Origin: Alteromonas sp.
GTDB lineage: Bacteria; Margulisbacteria; Marinamargulisbacteria; UBA6595
Length of the DNA: 17,608 nucleotides
Direction of reading: 5' to 3'
NCBI GenBank assembly: GCA_964220215.1
Contig: CAXPTH010000024.1
Location: 1-17,608 of the forward strand
Shown: one piece after another, positions 1 through 8,543 of the stretch
How the letters are laid out: the number at the start of each line of letters is the position of its first letter
Position numbering within the stretch: position 1 is the stretch's first letter
Notes under the pieces: generated by a model
Told to the model about the DNA's origin: nothing
The model's input: only the letters and a program-made list of their open reading frames with translations
Databases searched by the model: none
Made by a program: the position numbers and the translations under genes

Positions 1-1
1 C

Positions 2-127
2 GGAGACAACGTCAAAATGACGGTTGACTTGATGGTCTCGGTGGCGTGTGAAGAAGGCATGCGCTTTGCGATTCGTGAAGGTGGCCGAACTGTAGGCGCC
101 GGTGTTGTTACCACAATTATCGAGTAA
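2..127 (+). CDS. tuf: Elongation factor Tu, C-terminal fragment (5' end outside window)
   Basis: Frame from base 2 reads [60 protein letters not shown] is the EF-Tu C-terminal signature. Not in the ORF track. Confidence 0.97.
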   Translation, partial: GDNVKMTVDLMVSVACEEGMRFAIREGGRTVGAGVVTTIIE

Positions 128-136
128 CTATTCATG

Positions 137-179
137 GAGTCGGACCAACTGTTTTGAAGTTGGTCTGATTCTGTTCGTT
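137..179 (+). terminator. Probable intrinsic terminator after tuf
   Basis: 14-bp stem GAGTCGGACCAACT (137-150) / AGTTGGTCTGATTC (158-171) with two G-U pairs, 7-nt loop, followed by a weak T-rich tail TGTTCGTT; begins 10 nt after the tuf stop. Confidence 0.7.
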
Positions 180-267
180 GGGGGGATGTTGGTGGGCTTG
201 TTTGCGATTGGGTTTAATTTCAAAATCGCGATTGAACAAGCCATTGCCGTACTGTCCGTGCGCTAGT

Positions 268-1314
268 ATGAATCTGTTAACACAGCTGTTAGCGATTCCG
301 TCACCCACGGGGCATGAAGCTGAAAAAATCAAGTTTATTCGACAATGGGTACTGAGCCAATGCCCAAACGCTACAATTTTATGCGATACCGCAGATGGCT
401 TAATTATCCAAGGGCCCGTGAATCAAGGCCCTCATATCGCATTGGTTGGGCATACGGATGTGGTTCCCAAGTGGTTTGAACCGTATGACCAAGCCGGTAA
501 ACGATATGGGGCCGGAGCGTCCGATATGCAAGCAGGTTTGGCCGTTATGATGCAAACGCTGGCTACGGTTTTCGAGACCCATTCAGTGTCATTCATTGCG
601 TATAATCGGGAAGAAGATACGCCTTTGGTCAATAACGGATTGTATGGGTTGCGTCAGACCATGCCCGATTACTTTCGTTCGATTGACTTTGCCATTGTTG
701 CTGAGCCGACCAACAATACCATTCAACTGGGATGTGTCGGCAGCATTCACTACACTGTGACAGTTCCTGGAAAGGCGGCGCATTCGGCACGTCCTTGGGA
801 TGGCACCCATGCCTTGTATGCGGCATTGCCATTGATTCAGGCGTTGGCAGATCAAGCACCTATCGAGCACACCGTTATGGGCGTTAACTTTTACGATGTT
901 ATGCATATTACTGAATCTCAGTGCGAACCCGGGCGAACCACAATCCCGGGTCAATGGCAGGCTAATATTAATTATCGGTATGCCCCTGTATATTCAATGC
1001 AACAAGCAGAAGCGGATGGTCGGTCATGGATTCAACGCCATGCCCCAACAGCACGTGTTGTCGTGTCAGATCACGCACCGGCTGGTGCCTTGCTAGACTC
1101 GGATGTGTGTCAGCAATTTATTGCCGCAACAGGCGTACCTGTTGAAGCCAAGCAAGCGTGGACCGATGTGGCTCAGTTTGCTGAAATGGGCATACCGGCG
1201 ATTAATTATGGCCCTGGATTAACCGCACAAGCCCATCGCCCCGATGAATATGTGGTGCTGGCGGATATTGATGCTTATACGCAGACACTGATGCGTGCCT
1301 TGCAAATACTATAA
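268..1314 (+). CDS. dapE: Succinyl-diaminopimelate desuccinylase (M20 metallopeptidase family)
   Basis: M20 motifs GHTDVVP, GAGASDM, REE, AEPT, GKAAHSARPW, WTDVA, GPGLTAQAH..DE; adjacent to dapD. Start moved from 178 to ATG 268 (MNLLTQLLAIPSPTGHE matches the family N-terminus). Confidence 0.85.
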   Translation: MNLLTQLLAIPSPTGHEAEKIKFIRQWVLSQCPNATILCDTADGLIIQGPVNQGPHIALVGHTDVVPKWFEPYDQAGKRYGAGASDMQAGLAVMMQTLATVFETHSVSFIAYNREEDTPLVNNGLYGLRQTMPDYFRSIDFAIVAEPTNNTIQLGCVGSIHYTVTVPGKAAHSARPWDGTHALYAALPLIQALADQAPIEHTVMGVNFYDVMHITESQCEPGRTTIPGQWQANINYRYAPVYSMQQAEADGRSWIQRHAPTARVVVSDHAPAGALLDSDVCQQFIAATGVPVEAKQAWTDVAQFAEMGIPAINYGPGLTAQAHRPDEYVVLADIDAYTQTLMRALQIL

Positions 1315-1319
1315 CCCCC

Positions 1320-1356
1320 TTGTCAGGCTGTACGCAATTGCGGTAGTCTGTTTGGT
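1320..1356 (+). promoter_or_regulatory. Candidate sigma70 promoter for dapD, possibly leaderless
   Basis: TTGTCA (1320-1325), 18 nt, TAGTCT (1344-1349), then 7 nt to ATG 1357; no clear Shine-Dalgarno; palindrome CGCAATTGCG (1333-1342) in the spacer. Confidence 0.35.
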
Positions 1357-2253
1357 ATGACACATTGGTTTGGTTCTGGGTTTCGACGCAAGCGTCATGG
1401 GGTTACTTTAGATGTTCCCTTTGTTTCCATGAATACCCAGCCAGTTGAGGGGCTGCTGTGGGATGCGATTCAGGACTCCCCCTATTTGACATATGAGCCA
1501 ATTACAATGCGTATGGATACACTCGATGATCCGATTCAAACAATCGATGAGGCGTATTTTAAATTACAACTGTTATCCCGCCGATTGGTAGCCCCCCATG
1601 GTTTAAATTTGGACGGTTTGTTTTCAGTTTTGCCAGTTGTTGCGTGGACGTCGTCCGGCCCCATGCTCCCCGATGACGTTGATGCGCAACGGCAAATCGC
1701 CTGGACGCACGGGCAAGAGCTAACCGTTACCCACGTGGACAAATTTCCGTATATGCTTAACTACCATATTCCCTCTGGTGTTCGGATTGCATCGGGTAGC
1801 CAGGTACGTTTGGGGGCTTATTTGGCTGAAGGCACCACCGTTATGCCGTCGGGGTTTGTGAATTTTAATGCCGGCAGTTTGGGGCCTTGTATGATCGAAG
1901 GCCGTGTAAGCGCCGGTGTTACCCTAGGGGCCAATACCGATATTGGTGGCGGCGCTTCCATCATGGGCACCTTATCGGGCGGAAACAACCATGTGATTCG
2001 CATTGGCAGTGGGTGCTTGTTGGGGGCTAACTCAGGAGTTGGGATTTCGTTGGGAGATTATTGTACCGTTGAAGCGGGTACCTATGTCACAGCGGGAAAA
2101 AAAGTCTTGTTTAATGGAAAGATTGTTAAAGCGAGTACGTTGTCTGGACAGGATAATTTATTGTTTTTGCAAAACTCTGAAACGGGTCAACTCATGTGCA
2201 GCATTCAGAAAAATACGGTAACATTAAACGATGTATTGCATCACAACGATTGA
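1357..2253 (+). CDS. dapD: 2,3,4,5-tetrahydropyridine-2,6-dicarboxylate N-succinyltransferase
   Basis: YFKLQLLSRRLV.PHGLNLDGLF, VDKFPYM, GVRIA..VRLGAYLAEGTTVM..GFVNFNAG, IEGRVSAGV, DIGGGASIMGTLSGG hexapeptide-repeat region; the DapD type known from Actinobacteria, Campylobacterota and Pseudomonas. Confidence 0.93.
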   Translation: MTHWFGSGFRRKRHGVTLDVPFVSMNTQPVEGLLWDAIQDSPYLTYEPITMRMDTLDDPIQTIDEAYFKLQLLSRRLVAPHGLNLDGLFSVLPVVAWTSSGPMLPDDVDAQRQIAWTHGQELTVTHVDKFPYMLNYHIPSGVRIASGSQVRLGAYLAEGTTVMPSGFVNFNAGSLGPCMIEGRVSAGVTLGANTDIGGGASIMGTLSGGNNHVIRIGSGCLLGANSGVGISLGDYCTVEAGTYVTAGKKVLFNGKIVKASTLSGQDNLLFLQNSETGQLMCSIQKNTVTLNDVLHHND

Positions 2254-2263
2254 GGTATAAACG

Positions 2264-2725
2264 ATGACACTTGCTATTGGTAGCCAAGCACCGGATTTCT
2301 CAGTGCCAAATCACGATAATATTGTTCGAACCTTGGCGGACTACGCCGGGCGCTATTTAGTTCTGTATTTTTATCCCAAAGACGATACTCCCTGATGCAC
2401 ACGAGAGGCCATTGGGTTTACAAAATTAGCCAATGAATTTTCAGATAAACAAGCGGTAGTGGTGGGGGTGTCTGCGGATAGTGTTGCGAGTCATCAAAAA
2501 TTTAGGGATAAGCACCAACTGACCGTTGAGCTGCTGGCCGATGAAACCAAAGCCGTATGCCAAGCGTATGGCGTGTGGCAGGAAAAAAAGAATTATGGCA
2601 AGACGTATATGGGCATTGTTCGCTCAACGGTGCTCATTGATCCTACGGGTCGCATTCAAAAGGTTTGGAAATCCGTAAAAGTGGATGGGCACCCAGATGC
2701 CGTATGCCAAGCGATTGGCAACTAG
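2264..2725 (+). CDS. bcp: Peroxiredoxin BCP/PrxQ with an in-frame TGA at codon 44 (recoded, recent pseudogene, or sequence error)
   Basis: GAGGT RBS at 2252-2256, ATG 2264; reads MTLAIGSQAPDFSVPNHDNIVRTLADYAGRYLVLYFYPKDDTP*CTREAIGFTKLANEF...VVGVSADSVASHQKF...YGVWQEKKNYGKTYMGIVRSTVLID...VKVDGH. TGA at 2393-2395 is in frame with the track ORF 2459..2725; 153 codons in total. Confidence 0.9.
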
Positions 2726-2934
2726 AACGGCCGGGTAATTTTTGAAATTAACCCAGTGTCATCGAGTGTTGGGCAAATCCCCATTTTTTTAGAGGGGCAA
2801 TCGTCGTGACTGTACGCCTCGGGGACACTGCCGCACGGTGTCTTTTCTGCGGGTTTTCCAAAAAATAAAACCCCAACACCAAACCCAAGAAAACAGAGTC
2901 CTATTAGTATAATAGCGGGAATAATATTAGCCAT
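2722..2934 (-). CDS. Small (70 aa) single-pass membrane protein with three cysteines in its soluble tail; loosely NqrM-like
   Basis: MANIIPAIILIGLCFLGFGVGVLFFGKPAEKTPCGSVPEAYSHDDCPSKKMGICP...; N-terminal hydrophobic helix; ATG at 2934 overlaps the fur stop by 8 nt (ATGGCTAA), supporting this start over 3021. Confidence 0.65.
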   Translation of the reverse strand: MANIIPAIILIGLCFLGFGVGVLFFGKPAEKTPCGSVPEAYSHDDCPSKKMGICPTLDDTGLISKITRPF

Positions 2935-3367
2935 CGTTCGTGTTGCACTGGTTGCAAACCCCATAAATATGCAAGGATCGATAATCTGGCTTGAAATTAA
3001 TTTTTTCGCAATAACGATCAATGTAATCGGTAATTTTTTCGCTGACTAATTCAAAAATAGAACCGCACTCACTGCAAATGAGATGATCGTGTTGATGGGT
3101 TTCAATATTGCGCTCATAAAATACTTTGCCATCCTGTGTTGTGATTTTTTGAATGAGCTGTGCTTCCAGCAATTGTTTCACCGTTCGATAAATTGTGGCC
3201 CGAGACAGATCTTGTCCTTCTTTTCGCATCGTAACAATAAAATCCTCAATTTCAAAATGCGAGCTCGTGTTAAAAATAGCGGATGCAATGCGCTGTTTTT
3301 GAGTTGAGTATCGACTACCGGTTTTTTCTAGAAATAATTTAAATTCAGCGTTAGGATCTTTCTTCAT
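2927..3367 (-). CDS. fur: Fur-family metal-responsive transcriptional regulator
   Basis: SRATIYRT recognition helix, HQHDHLICSECG and C-terminal YGVCNQC (two CxxC motifs); 146 aa. Subfamily (Fur, Zur, PerR) not determined. Confidence 0.92.
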   Translation of the reverse strand: MKKDPNAEFKLFLEKTGSRYSTQKQRIASAIFNTSSHFEIEDFIVTMRKEGQDLSRATIYRTVKQLLEAQLIQKITTQDGKVFYERNIETHQHDHLICSECGSIFELVSEKITDYIDRYCEKINFKPDYRSLHIYGVCNQCNTNDG

Positions 3368-3729
3368 AGCGTCTTTAATTTTACATCAACAGTTTGGATA
3401 TGTCGCATGAGCTTGTCCGTAATCTGGCGAATACGAAAAGCGACATGGGTATAGGCGTGTCGGTCAAATAAAGGCCGCAATTGCAATACTAGGGCCCGAA
3501 AATGGTTGTGTTCGGCATAGTGCTCACTGTAGCCGTCAAAATCAGCCGATTTCATCAGTTGCTCTTCCAAAGCAAAATGATCCCATACATAATGCTCTAA
3601 AAATTCGATAATAGCCTGCAAATCATGGTGGGAGTTTGGGGTTGATACGACACGATCCAGTCGCGATGTTAGGTAGAAAAGTTCATCGTGATGATTTTCA
3701 ATGTCATGGTGGTGCGTTGATTTTGTCAT
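3364..3729 (-). CDS. Single-domain bacteriohemerythrin (di-iron, O2-binding fold)
   Basis: Ligand pattern IENHHDELF, HFALEEQLM, HYAEH, HIQTVD matches H...HxxxE...HxxxH...HxxxxD. Start probably ATG 3729 (AAGAG upstream; 3750 is an alternative). Stop overlaps the fur start as ATGA. Confidence 0.88.
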   Translation of the reverse strand: MTKSTHHHDIENHHDELFYLTSRLDRVVSTPNSHHDLQAIIEFLEHYVWDHFALEEQLMKSADFDGYSEHYAEHNHFRALVLQLRPLFDRHAYTHVAFRIRQITDKLMRHIQTVDVKLKTL

Positions 3730-3777
3730 AGTTCTCTTTAATTTTATCATATTTTTTGGTATTCTAGATACTGTACT

Positions 3778-4458
3778 ATGGTCAATAAAGCGCGCAATCA
3801 AAAGTTCAACCTAAAAACAGCGTGTATAACCGCATCTATTTTTGCTATTTTTGTAAGCAATATTGGTGCTCAGACCGTCGATAAGACCCGCCAATTGGAT
3901 CTTTTAGTTCGTCTGGATCACGCAAAATCCATGATTCAAGAAGAAAATTACACAGAAGCGCAGCGCATTGTGCATGGCGTTTTAAGTCAATTGCAAGACG
4001 AGCGAAAAGCGATTTACGCTGCGTTTTTTCCCAAGCAAGAGCAGACGGCTTCGATGGGCTTAGACGAAGCCAGTCATCATAGCCATGGGCTGGATCTTTT
4101 AAGTGATGATAGCTTGGATATTTTGTTTTCAGCGCAATACACGAGTGAGCATGATGGGCAACAGTACACCATCGATATCAACATGGTTCGCAATGACCCT
4201 GAAATTGATGAAATTGCCATGGTGATTCAAAAACCAATGCTGATCGACGCACTCGATACTGTTGCAATTGTAACGATTCAAGACAAGTATACCGGGGTTG
4301 AAGAGTATTATTCTGAAGAGAAATACCATGAAATTAATATGGTCTTGGGTGAAAAGGTCTTGCTAAACATTGTTGCAAATGGTATTGTTGATCGGCAGCA
4401 TCTGCTTAAGTTTTGCGATCAAATCAAGTTAGACAACTTGGTTCGAGAGTTGAAATGA
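3778..4458 (+). CDS. Hypothetical protein, probably exported
   Basis: 226-aa ORF filling the gap; basic N-terminus, hydrophobic stretch and IGA-Q resemble a signal peptide; acidic mature part with SHHSHG; ends TGA TAG. No family recognised. Confidence 0.7.
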   Translation: MVNKARNQKFNLKTACITASIFAIFVSNIGAQTVDKTRQLDLLVRLDHAKSMIQEENYTEAQRIVHGVLSQLQDERKAIYAAFFPKQEQTASMGLDEASHHSHGLDLLSDDSLDILFSAQYTSEHDGQQYTIDINMVRNDPEIDEIAMVIQKPMLIDALDTVAIVTIQDKYTGVEEYYSEEKYHEINMVLGEKVLLNIVANGIVDRQHLLKFCDQIKLDNLVRELK

Positions 4459-4467
4459 TAGGCATAG

Positions 4468-4543
4468 GCTCCTGTAGCTCAGTCGGTAGAGCGCATCCAT
4501 GGTAAGGATGAGGTCAGCGGTTCAATCCCGCTCGGGAGCTCCA
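4468..4543 (+). tRNA. tRNA-Thr (GGT)
   Basis: Acceptor stem GCTCCTG/CGGGAGC, D arm GCTC-AGTCGGTA-GAGC, anticodon stem CATCC/GGATG with loop ATGGTAA, T arm AGCGG-TTCAATC-CCGCT, encoded CCA; 76 nt. Confidence 0.96.
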
Positions 4544-4581
4544 TTCAATGTTAACAAGCAAGTAGTGAGGATGAATAACGC

Positions 4582-7335
4582 ATGACAAACACATTTTCGT
4601 ATATAAACAATGCCAATCCAGCGTATGTGGATGATTTGTATCAACAGTATCAAACCAATCCCGAGGCGCTCGATCATGATTGGCGCCGATTTTTTGAAGG
4701 GTACGAGTTTTCAAAATTGCCCTCGGATCACAAAGTGCTGGATACGTTGGGCGCTGACAACTCGGTTCACGCTAAAGAAATCGCCGTTGCTAAACTAATC
4801 CATGCCTATCGATCGCGTGGGCATTTAATTGCTAAAACCAATCCGATTCGGCAACGTCGATTGCACAAAGCCGATTTGGATTTAAGTTATTTCGGATTGA
4901 CAGAGGATGACCTAGACACGCCATTTGAAGCGGGTGCTGATATTGGGTTGCCGTTGGCTCCGTTGCGTGACATTGTGGCGCATTTGAAACAAACATACTG
5001 TGAGTCGATTGGTGTTGAGTTTATGTACAATCCCGATCCGGCCCTGCGTCAGTGGGTGTATAACCGCATTGACCCGATTGCCAATCGTCCGAATTATGAT
5101 GCCGATCAAAAAAAGAAAATCTTGTCACAAGTGGCCAAAGCGGTTGCTTTTGAATCATTTTTGCACACCAAGTATGTGGGGCAAAAGCGGTTCTCCTTGG
5201 AAGGCGCTGAGGCTGCAATTCCGGGTTTGGATGCGGCTATCGAACAAGCGGCTGCGTATGGAGCCAAAGAAATCGTTGTGGGCATGGCACACCGTGGCCG
5301 ATTGAATGTACTTTCAGCTATTTTTGGAAAGAAATACAAGCGAATTTTTCGAGAGTTTGATGGGCAATCCATCGACCCATCCATGGGGGGGGATGGGGAT
5401 GTGAAGTACCATTTGGGGTATTCGACGGATCGGCCAACACAGGCCGGCCATGACGTGCACATGAGTCTTATCCCGAATCCGTCGCATTTGGAAGCCGTGA
5501 ATGGCGTTGTTCAAGGAGTGGTATACGCCAAACGAAAAAATAGCGAAGCGGTTAATGGGCATGCCTCGTATGCCGATGTGGTCCCGATTTTGATTCATGG
5601 GGATGCCGCACTGGCTGGACAGGGGGTCAATTATGAGGTGACCAATATGTCGAAGCTGAATGGCTATGACAATGGGGGAACGGTTCACGTGGTGATTAAC
5701 AATCAGCTGGGGTATACCACATCCTATCTGGAAGGTCGCTCAAGTATGTATTGTACGGATTTAGCAAAAGTAACGGGTTCACCCGTGTTTCATGTATCCG
5801 CGGATGACCCCATTGCTGTGGTGCATGCCATGCAAATGGCTGTGGCGATTCGCTATGAATTTCAGATGGATGTGTATGTGGATATTTTGGGTTATCGGCG
5901 CTATGGGCACAACGAAGGCGATGAGCCTCGATTTACGCAGCCCGTGATGTATGACATCATCAAAAACCACGACAATGTATACAACTTGTTCGCCCGTACA
6001 TTGCAGGCGGAAGGCATTGTAGATGCAGCCTATTGCGAGCAGCTCATGACGGATATGAAAACGCATTTGCAATCCGAGTTGGATGCGGCCCGTGCAGAAG
6101 ATAAGCCGTTGAGTGTGGATACATTCAAAGGCCAGTGGACGCAATTGCGGATGCCCAATACCCAAGATTTTGATCAATCGGTTAAAACCGCTGTATCCAA
6201 AAAGAAGTTGGATACGGTGATGACCGCATTAACCCGAATTGAAGATAATTTTCCTCTATTTTCTAAAACCAAAAAGATTTTAGATGGCCGTAAAAAAATG
6301 TATGCCGATGGTCAGGTCGATTGGGCGGTTGCTGAGCAACTCGCGTATGGGACCTTGCTAGCGGATGGGCATGCGGTGCGATTATCTGGCCAAGATGCCC
6401 AGCGCGGGACATTTTCGCATCGTCATGCTGTTTTAAAGCATGAAACAGAAGAAATTCCCTACGTTCCCTTGAATCATATTCATGAGAAACAAGCGCCATT
6501 TACCGTGTACAATTCCATGCTATCGGAATACTGTGTGCTGGGGTTTGAGCTTGGATGCTCGTGGGCACAACCCAATAACTTGGTGATTTGGGAGGCTCAA
6601 TTTGGGGATTTCGCCAATGGGGCTCAAATTGTTATTGACCAATTTTTAAGTTCATCGGCGTCTAAGTGGCATCGGTGGAGTGGGCTAACGCTGCTGTTGC
6701 CCCACGGCTATGAGGGCATGGGGCCGGAGCATTCAAGTGCACGGCTGGAACGGATTTTACAATTGTGTGGCGAAAATAACATGTACGTCACCAACATCAC
6801 AACCCCGGCAAACATTTTCCATGCGTTGCGGCGTCAAATTGAAAACCCATTTCGAATTCCCTTGGTGGTAATGTCCCCCAAAAGTCTGTTGCGCCATCCG
6901 GATGTTATGTCACCCGTTGAATCCCTCACTAAAGGTGGGTTTCAAGAAGTGATTGATGATGCATTCGTCAAGCCCAGTGCGGTTAAGCGAGTCGTGCTAT
7001 GTTCCGGTAAATTGTATTATGATTTAAACCAATACCGCGAGGCCAACAGCATTAACACTGTCGCATTGGTTCGCTTGGAACAGTTGTATCCATTGCCTGA
7101 AACAGCCTTGCGGGCAATTCAACAACGATACAAGTCTGCAAAATCGTATATTTGGGTCCAAGAAGAGCCTGAAAATATGGGCGCTTGGTGGTATTTGTCT
7201 CAGTCGATGCCAACACTATTTACAGGCATTCAGTGCGTATCGCGTAAAGTGAGTGCCAGTCCGGCGGCTGGTAATGCAAAAACGCATGCCAAAGAGCAGG
7301 ACAGTTTGATTGAATCAGCATTTAAAGGAGTATAA
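4582..7335 (+). CDS. sucA: 2-oxoglutarate dehydrogenase E1 component
   Basis: [33 protein letters not shown] motif HGDAA.AGQG...[40 protein letters not shown]; 917 aa; GAGG upstream. Confidence 0.97.
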   Translation: MTNTFSYINNANPAYVDDLYQQYQTNPEALDHDWRRFFEGYEFSKLPSDHKVLDTLGADNSVHAKEIAVAKLIHAYRSRGHLIAKTNPIRQRRLHKADLDLSYFGLTEDDLDTPFEAGADIGLPLAPLRDIVAHLKQTYCESIGVEFMYNPDPALRQWVYNRIDPIANRPNYDADQKKKILSQVAKAVAFESFLHTKYVGQKRFSLEGAEAAIPGLDAAIEQAAAYGAKEIVVGMAHRGRLNVLSAIFGKKYKRIFREFDGQSIDPSMGGDGDVKYHLGYSTDRPTQAGHDVHMSLIPNPSHLEAVNGVVQGVVYAKRKNSEAVNGHASYADVVPILIHGDAALAGQGVNYEVTNMSKLNGYDNGGTVHVVINNQLGYTTSYLEGRSSMYCTDLAKVTGSPVFHVSADDPIAVVHAMQMAVAIRYEFQMDVYVDILGYRRYGHNEGDEPRFTQPVMYDIIKNHDNVYNLFARTLQAEGIVDAAYCEQLMTDMKTHLQSELDAARAEDKPLSVDTFKGQWTQLRMPNTQDFDQSVKTAVSKKKLDTVMTALTRIEDNFPLFSKTKKILDGRKKMYADGQVDWAVAEQLAYGTLLADGHAVRLSGQDAQRGTFSHRHAVLKHETEEIPYVPLNHIHEKQAPFTVYNSMLSEYCVLGFELGCSWAQPNNLVIWEAQFGDFANGAQIVIDQFLSSSASKWHRWSGLTLLLPHGYEGMGPEHSSARLERILQLCGENNMYVTNITTPANIFHALRRQIENPFRIPLVVMSPKSLLRHPDVMSPVESLTKGGFQEVIDDAFVKPSAVKRVVLCSGKLYYDLNQYREANSINTVALVRLEQLYPLPETALRAIQQRYKSAKSYIWVQEEPENMGAWWYLSQSMPTLFTGIQCVSRKVSASPAAGNAKTHAKEQDSLIESAFKGV

Positions 7336-7337
7336 AA

Positions 7338-8540
7338 ATGACCGTGGACATTGTAGTACCAGCAGCCGGTGAGAGTGTTACAGAAGCAGACATTGCTTCT
7401 TGGTATAAAGCCGATGGGGATTATGTTGCGTTGGATGATGCCTTATTGGAACTGGAGACCGACAAAGCGTCTATGGATATTAATGCCCCAGCAGCGGGCA
7501 TTTTGCGTGTTAAAATCGAAGATGGAACCGTATCGGTTGGGGATGTTATCGGCCACATTGAGCCGTCTGACCAAGCCCCAGCGCCGGCTCAACAAGTGGC
7601 TGAGACACCCCCAGCTGAATCCCCAGCTGCCACACCTGCGGCGACTCAGCCAGGCGGTCATCCGTCACCAGCTGCAGCAAAATTGCTTCGTGAGCGTGCG
7701 ATTGATGCCAATGCTGTGACCGGAACGGGTCGCAATGGCCGGATTATTAAATCCGATGTTCCCAGTGCGGCTTCGGCACCTATAGCGGAATCAACCACAG
7801 AAGCCCCTGTTGAACAGCCAGCAACCCGCAATGCTGGCGAGCGTGGGGTGCGTCGGGAGCGGTTGAGTCGCTTGCGAAAAACCATTGCCACTCGATTGAT
7901 CGACGCTCAGCAATCCGCGGCACTACTAACGACATTTAACGAAGTGGATATGGCCGCTGTCATGGCGTTGCGTAGCGAGTACAAAGATGCCTTTAAAGAA
8001 AAGTATGACGTGGGCTTGGGCTTTATGTCCTTTTTTACCAAAGCTGTGTGCGATGCCCTGCAGCAGTTTCCATTAATTAATGCTCAGTTTGAGCCGGATG
8101 CCATTGTGTACCACGATTACTGTGATATCGGGATTGCCGTATCAACACCCAAAGGGTTGGTCGTTCCAGTTGTTCGCAATGCTCAGGCCTTAAGTTTTAA
8201 TGAAATTGAATCAGCCATTTTAGGCTATGCCAAACGCGGGCGTGATGGCAAGTTAACCCCCGATGACATGGCGGGTGGAACGTTTACCATTACGAATGGG
8301 GGTGTTTTTGGATCCTTGGTATCGACGCCCATTGTGAATCGGCCGCAAAGTGCTATTTTGGGTATGCATAATATTGTGAAGCGTCCCGTTGTTGTGAACG
8401 ACGAAATTGTGATTCGGCCTATGATGTATATTGCATTAACGTACGATCATCGATTAATTGATGGCAAAGACGCTGTTCAATTTTTAGTTCGAATTAAAGC
8501 GTTAATTGAGTCGCCGACACGGTTGTTATTGGGAGTATAG
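7338..8540 (+). CDS. sucB: 2-oxoglutarate dehydrogenase E2 dihydrolipoyl succinyltransferase
   Basis: Lipoyl domain GESVTE...LETDKA, Pro/Ala linker, E3-binding SPAA...GTGRNGRI, catalytic [17 protein letters not shown]. Confidence 0.97.
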   Translation: MTVDIVVPAAGESVTEADIASWYKADGDYVALDDALLELETDKASMDINAPAAGILRVKIEDGTVSVGDVIGHIEPSDQAPAPAQQVAETPPAESPAATPAATQPGGHPSPAAAKLLRERAIDANAVTGTGRNGRIIKSDVPSAASAPIAESTTEAPVEQPATRNAGERGVRRERLSRLRKTIATRLIDAQQSAALLTTFNEVDMAAVMALRSEYKDAFKEKYDVGLGFMSFFTKAVCDALQQFPLINAQFEPDAIVYHDYCDIGIAVSTPKGLVVPVVRNAQALSFNEIESAILGYAKRGRDGKLTPDDMAGGTFTITNGGVFGSLVSTPIVNRPQSAILGMHNIVKRPVVVNDEIVIRPMMYIALTYDHRLIDGKDAVQFLVRIKALIESPTRLLLGV

Positions 8541-8543
8541 ACA

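Noticed and set aside
180..267. Lysine riboswitch or leader upstream of dapE; short inverted repeats GCGATT/AATCGC and AATCGCGATT
   Set aside because: The space is too short for a lysine riboswitch and the repeats are short enough to be chance.
2459..2725. Track ORF of 88 aa as an independent gene
   Set aside because: It is the C-terminal half of bcp, in frame with ATG 2264, and lacks the catalytic Cys motif.
3735..3752. Full Fur box upstream of hemerythrin
   Set aside because: Only one half (TGATAA) fits the 7-1-7 consensus in AT-rich DNA, so it is not called as a feature.
4468..4581. tRNA-Thr as an integration site
   Set aside because: No integrase and no duplicated tRNA 3' end seen; sucA follows within 40 nt.
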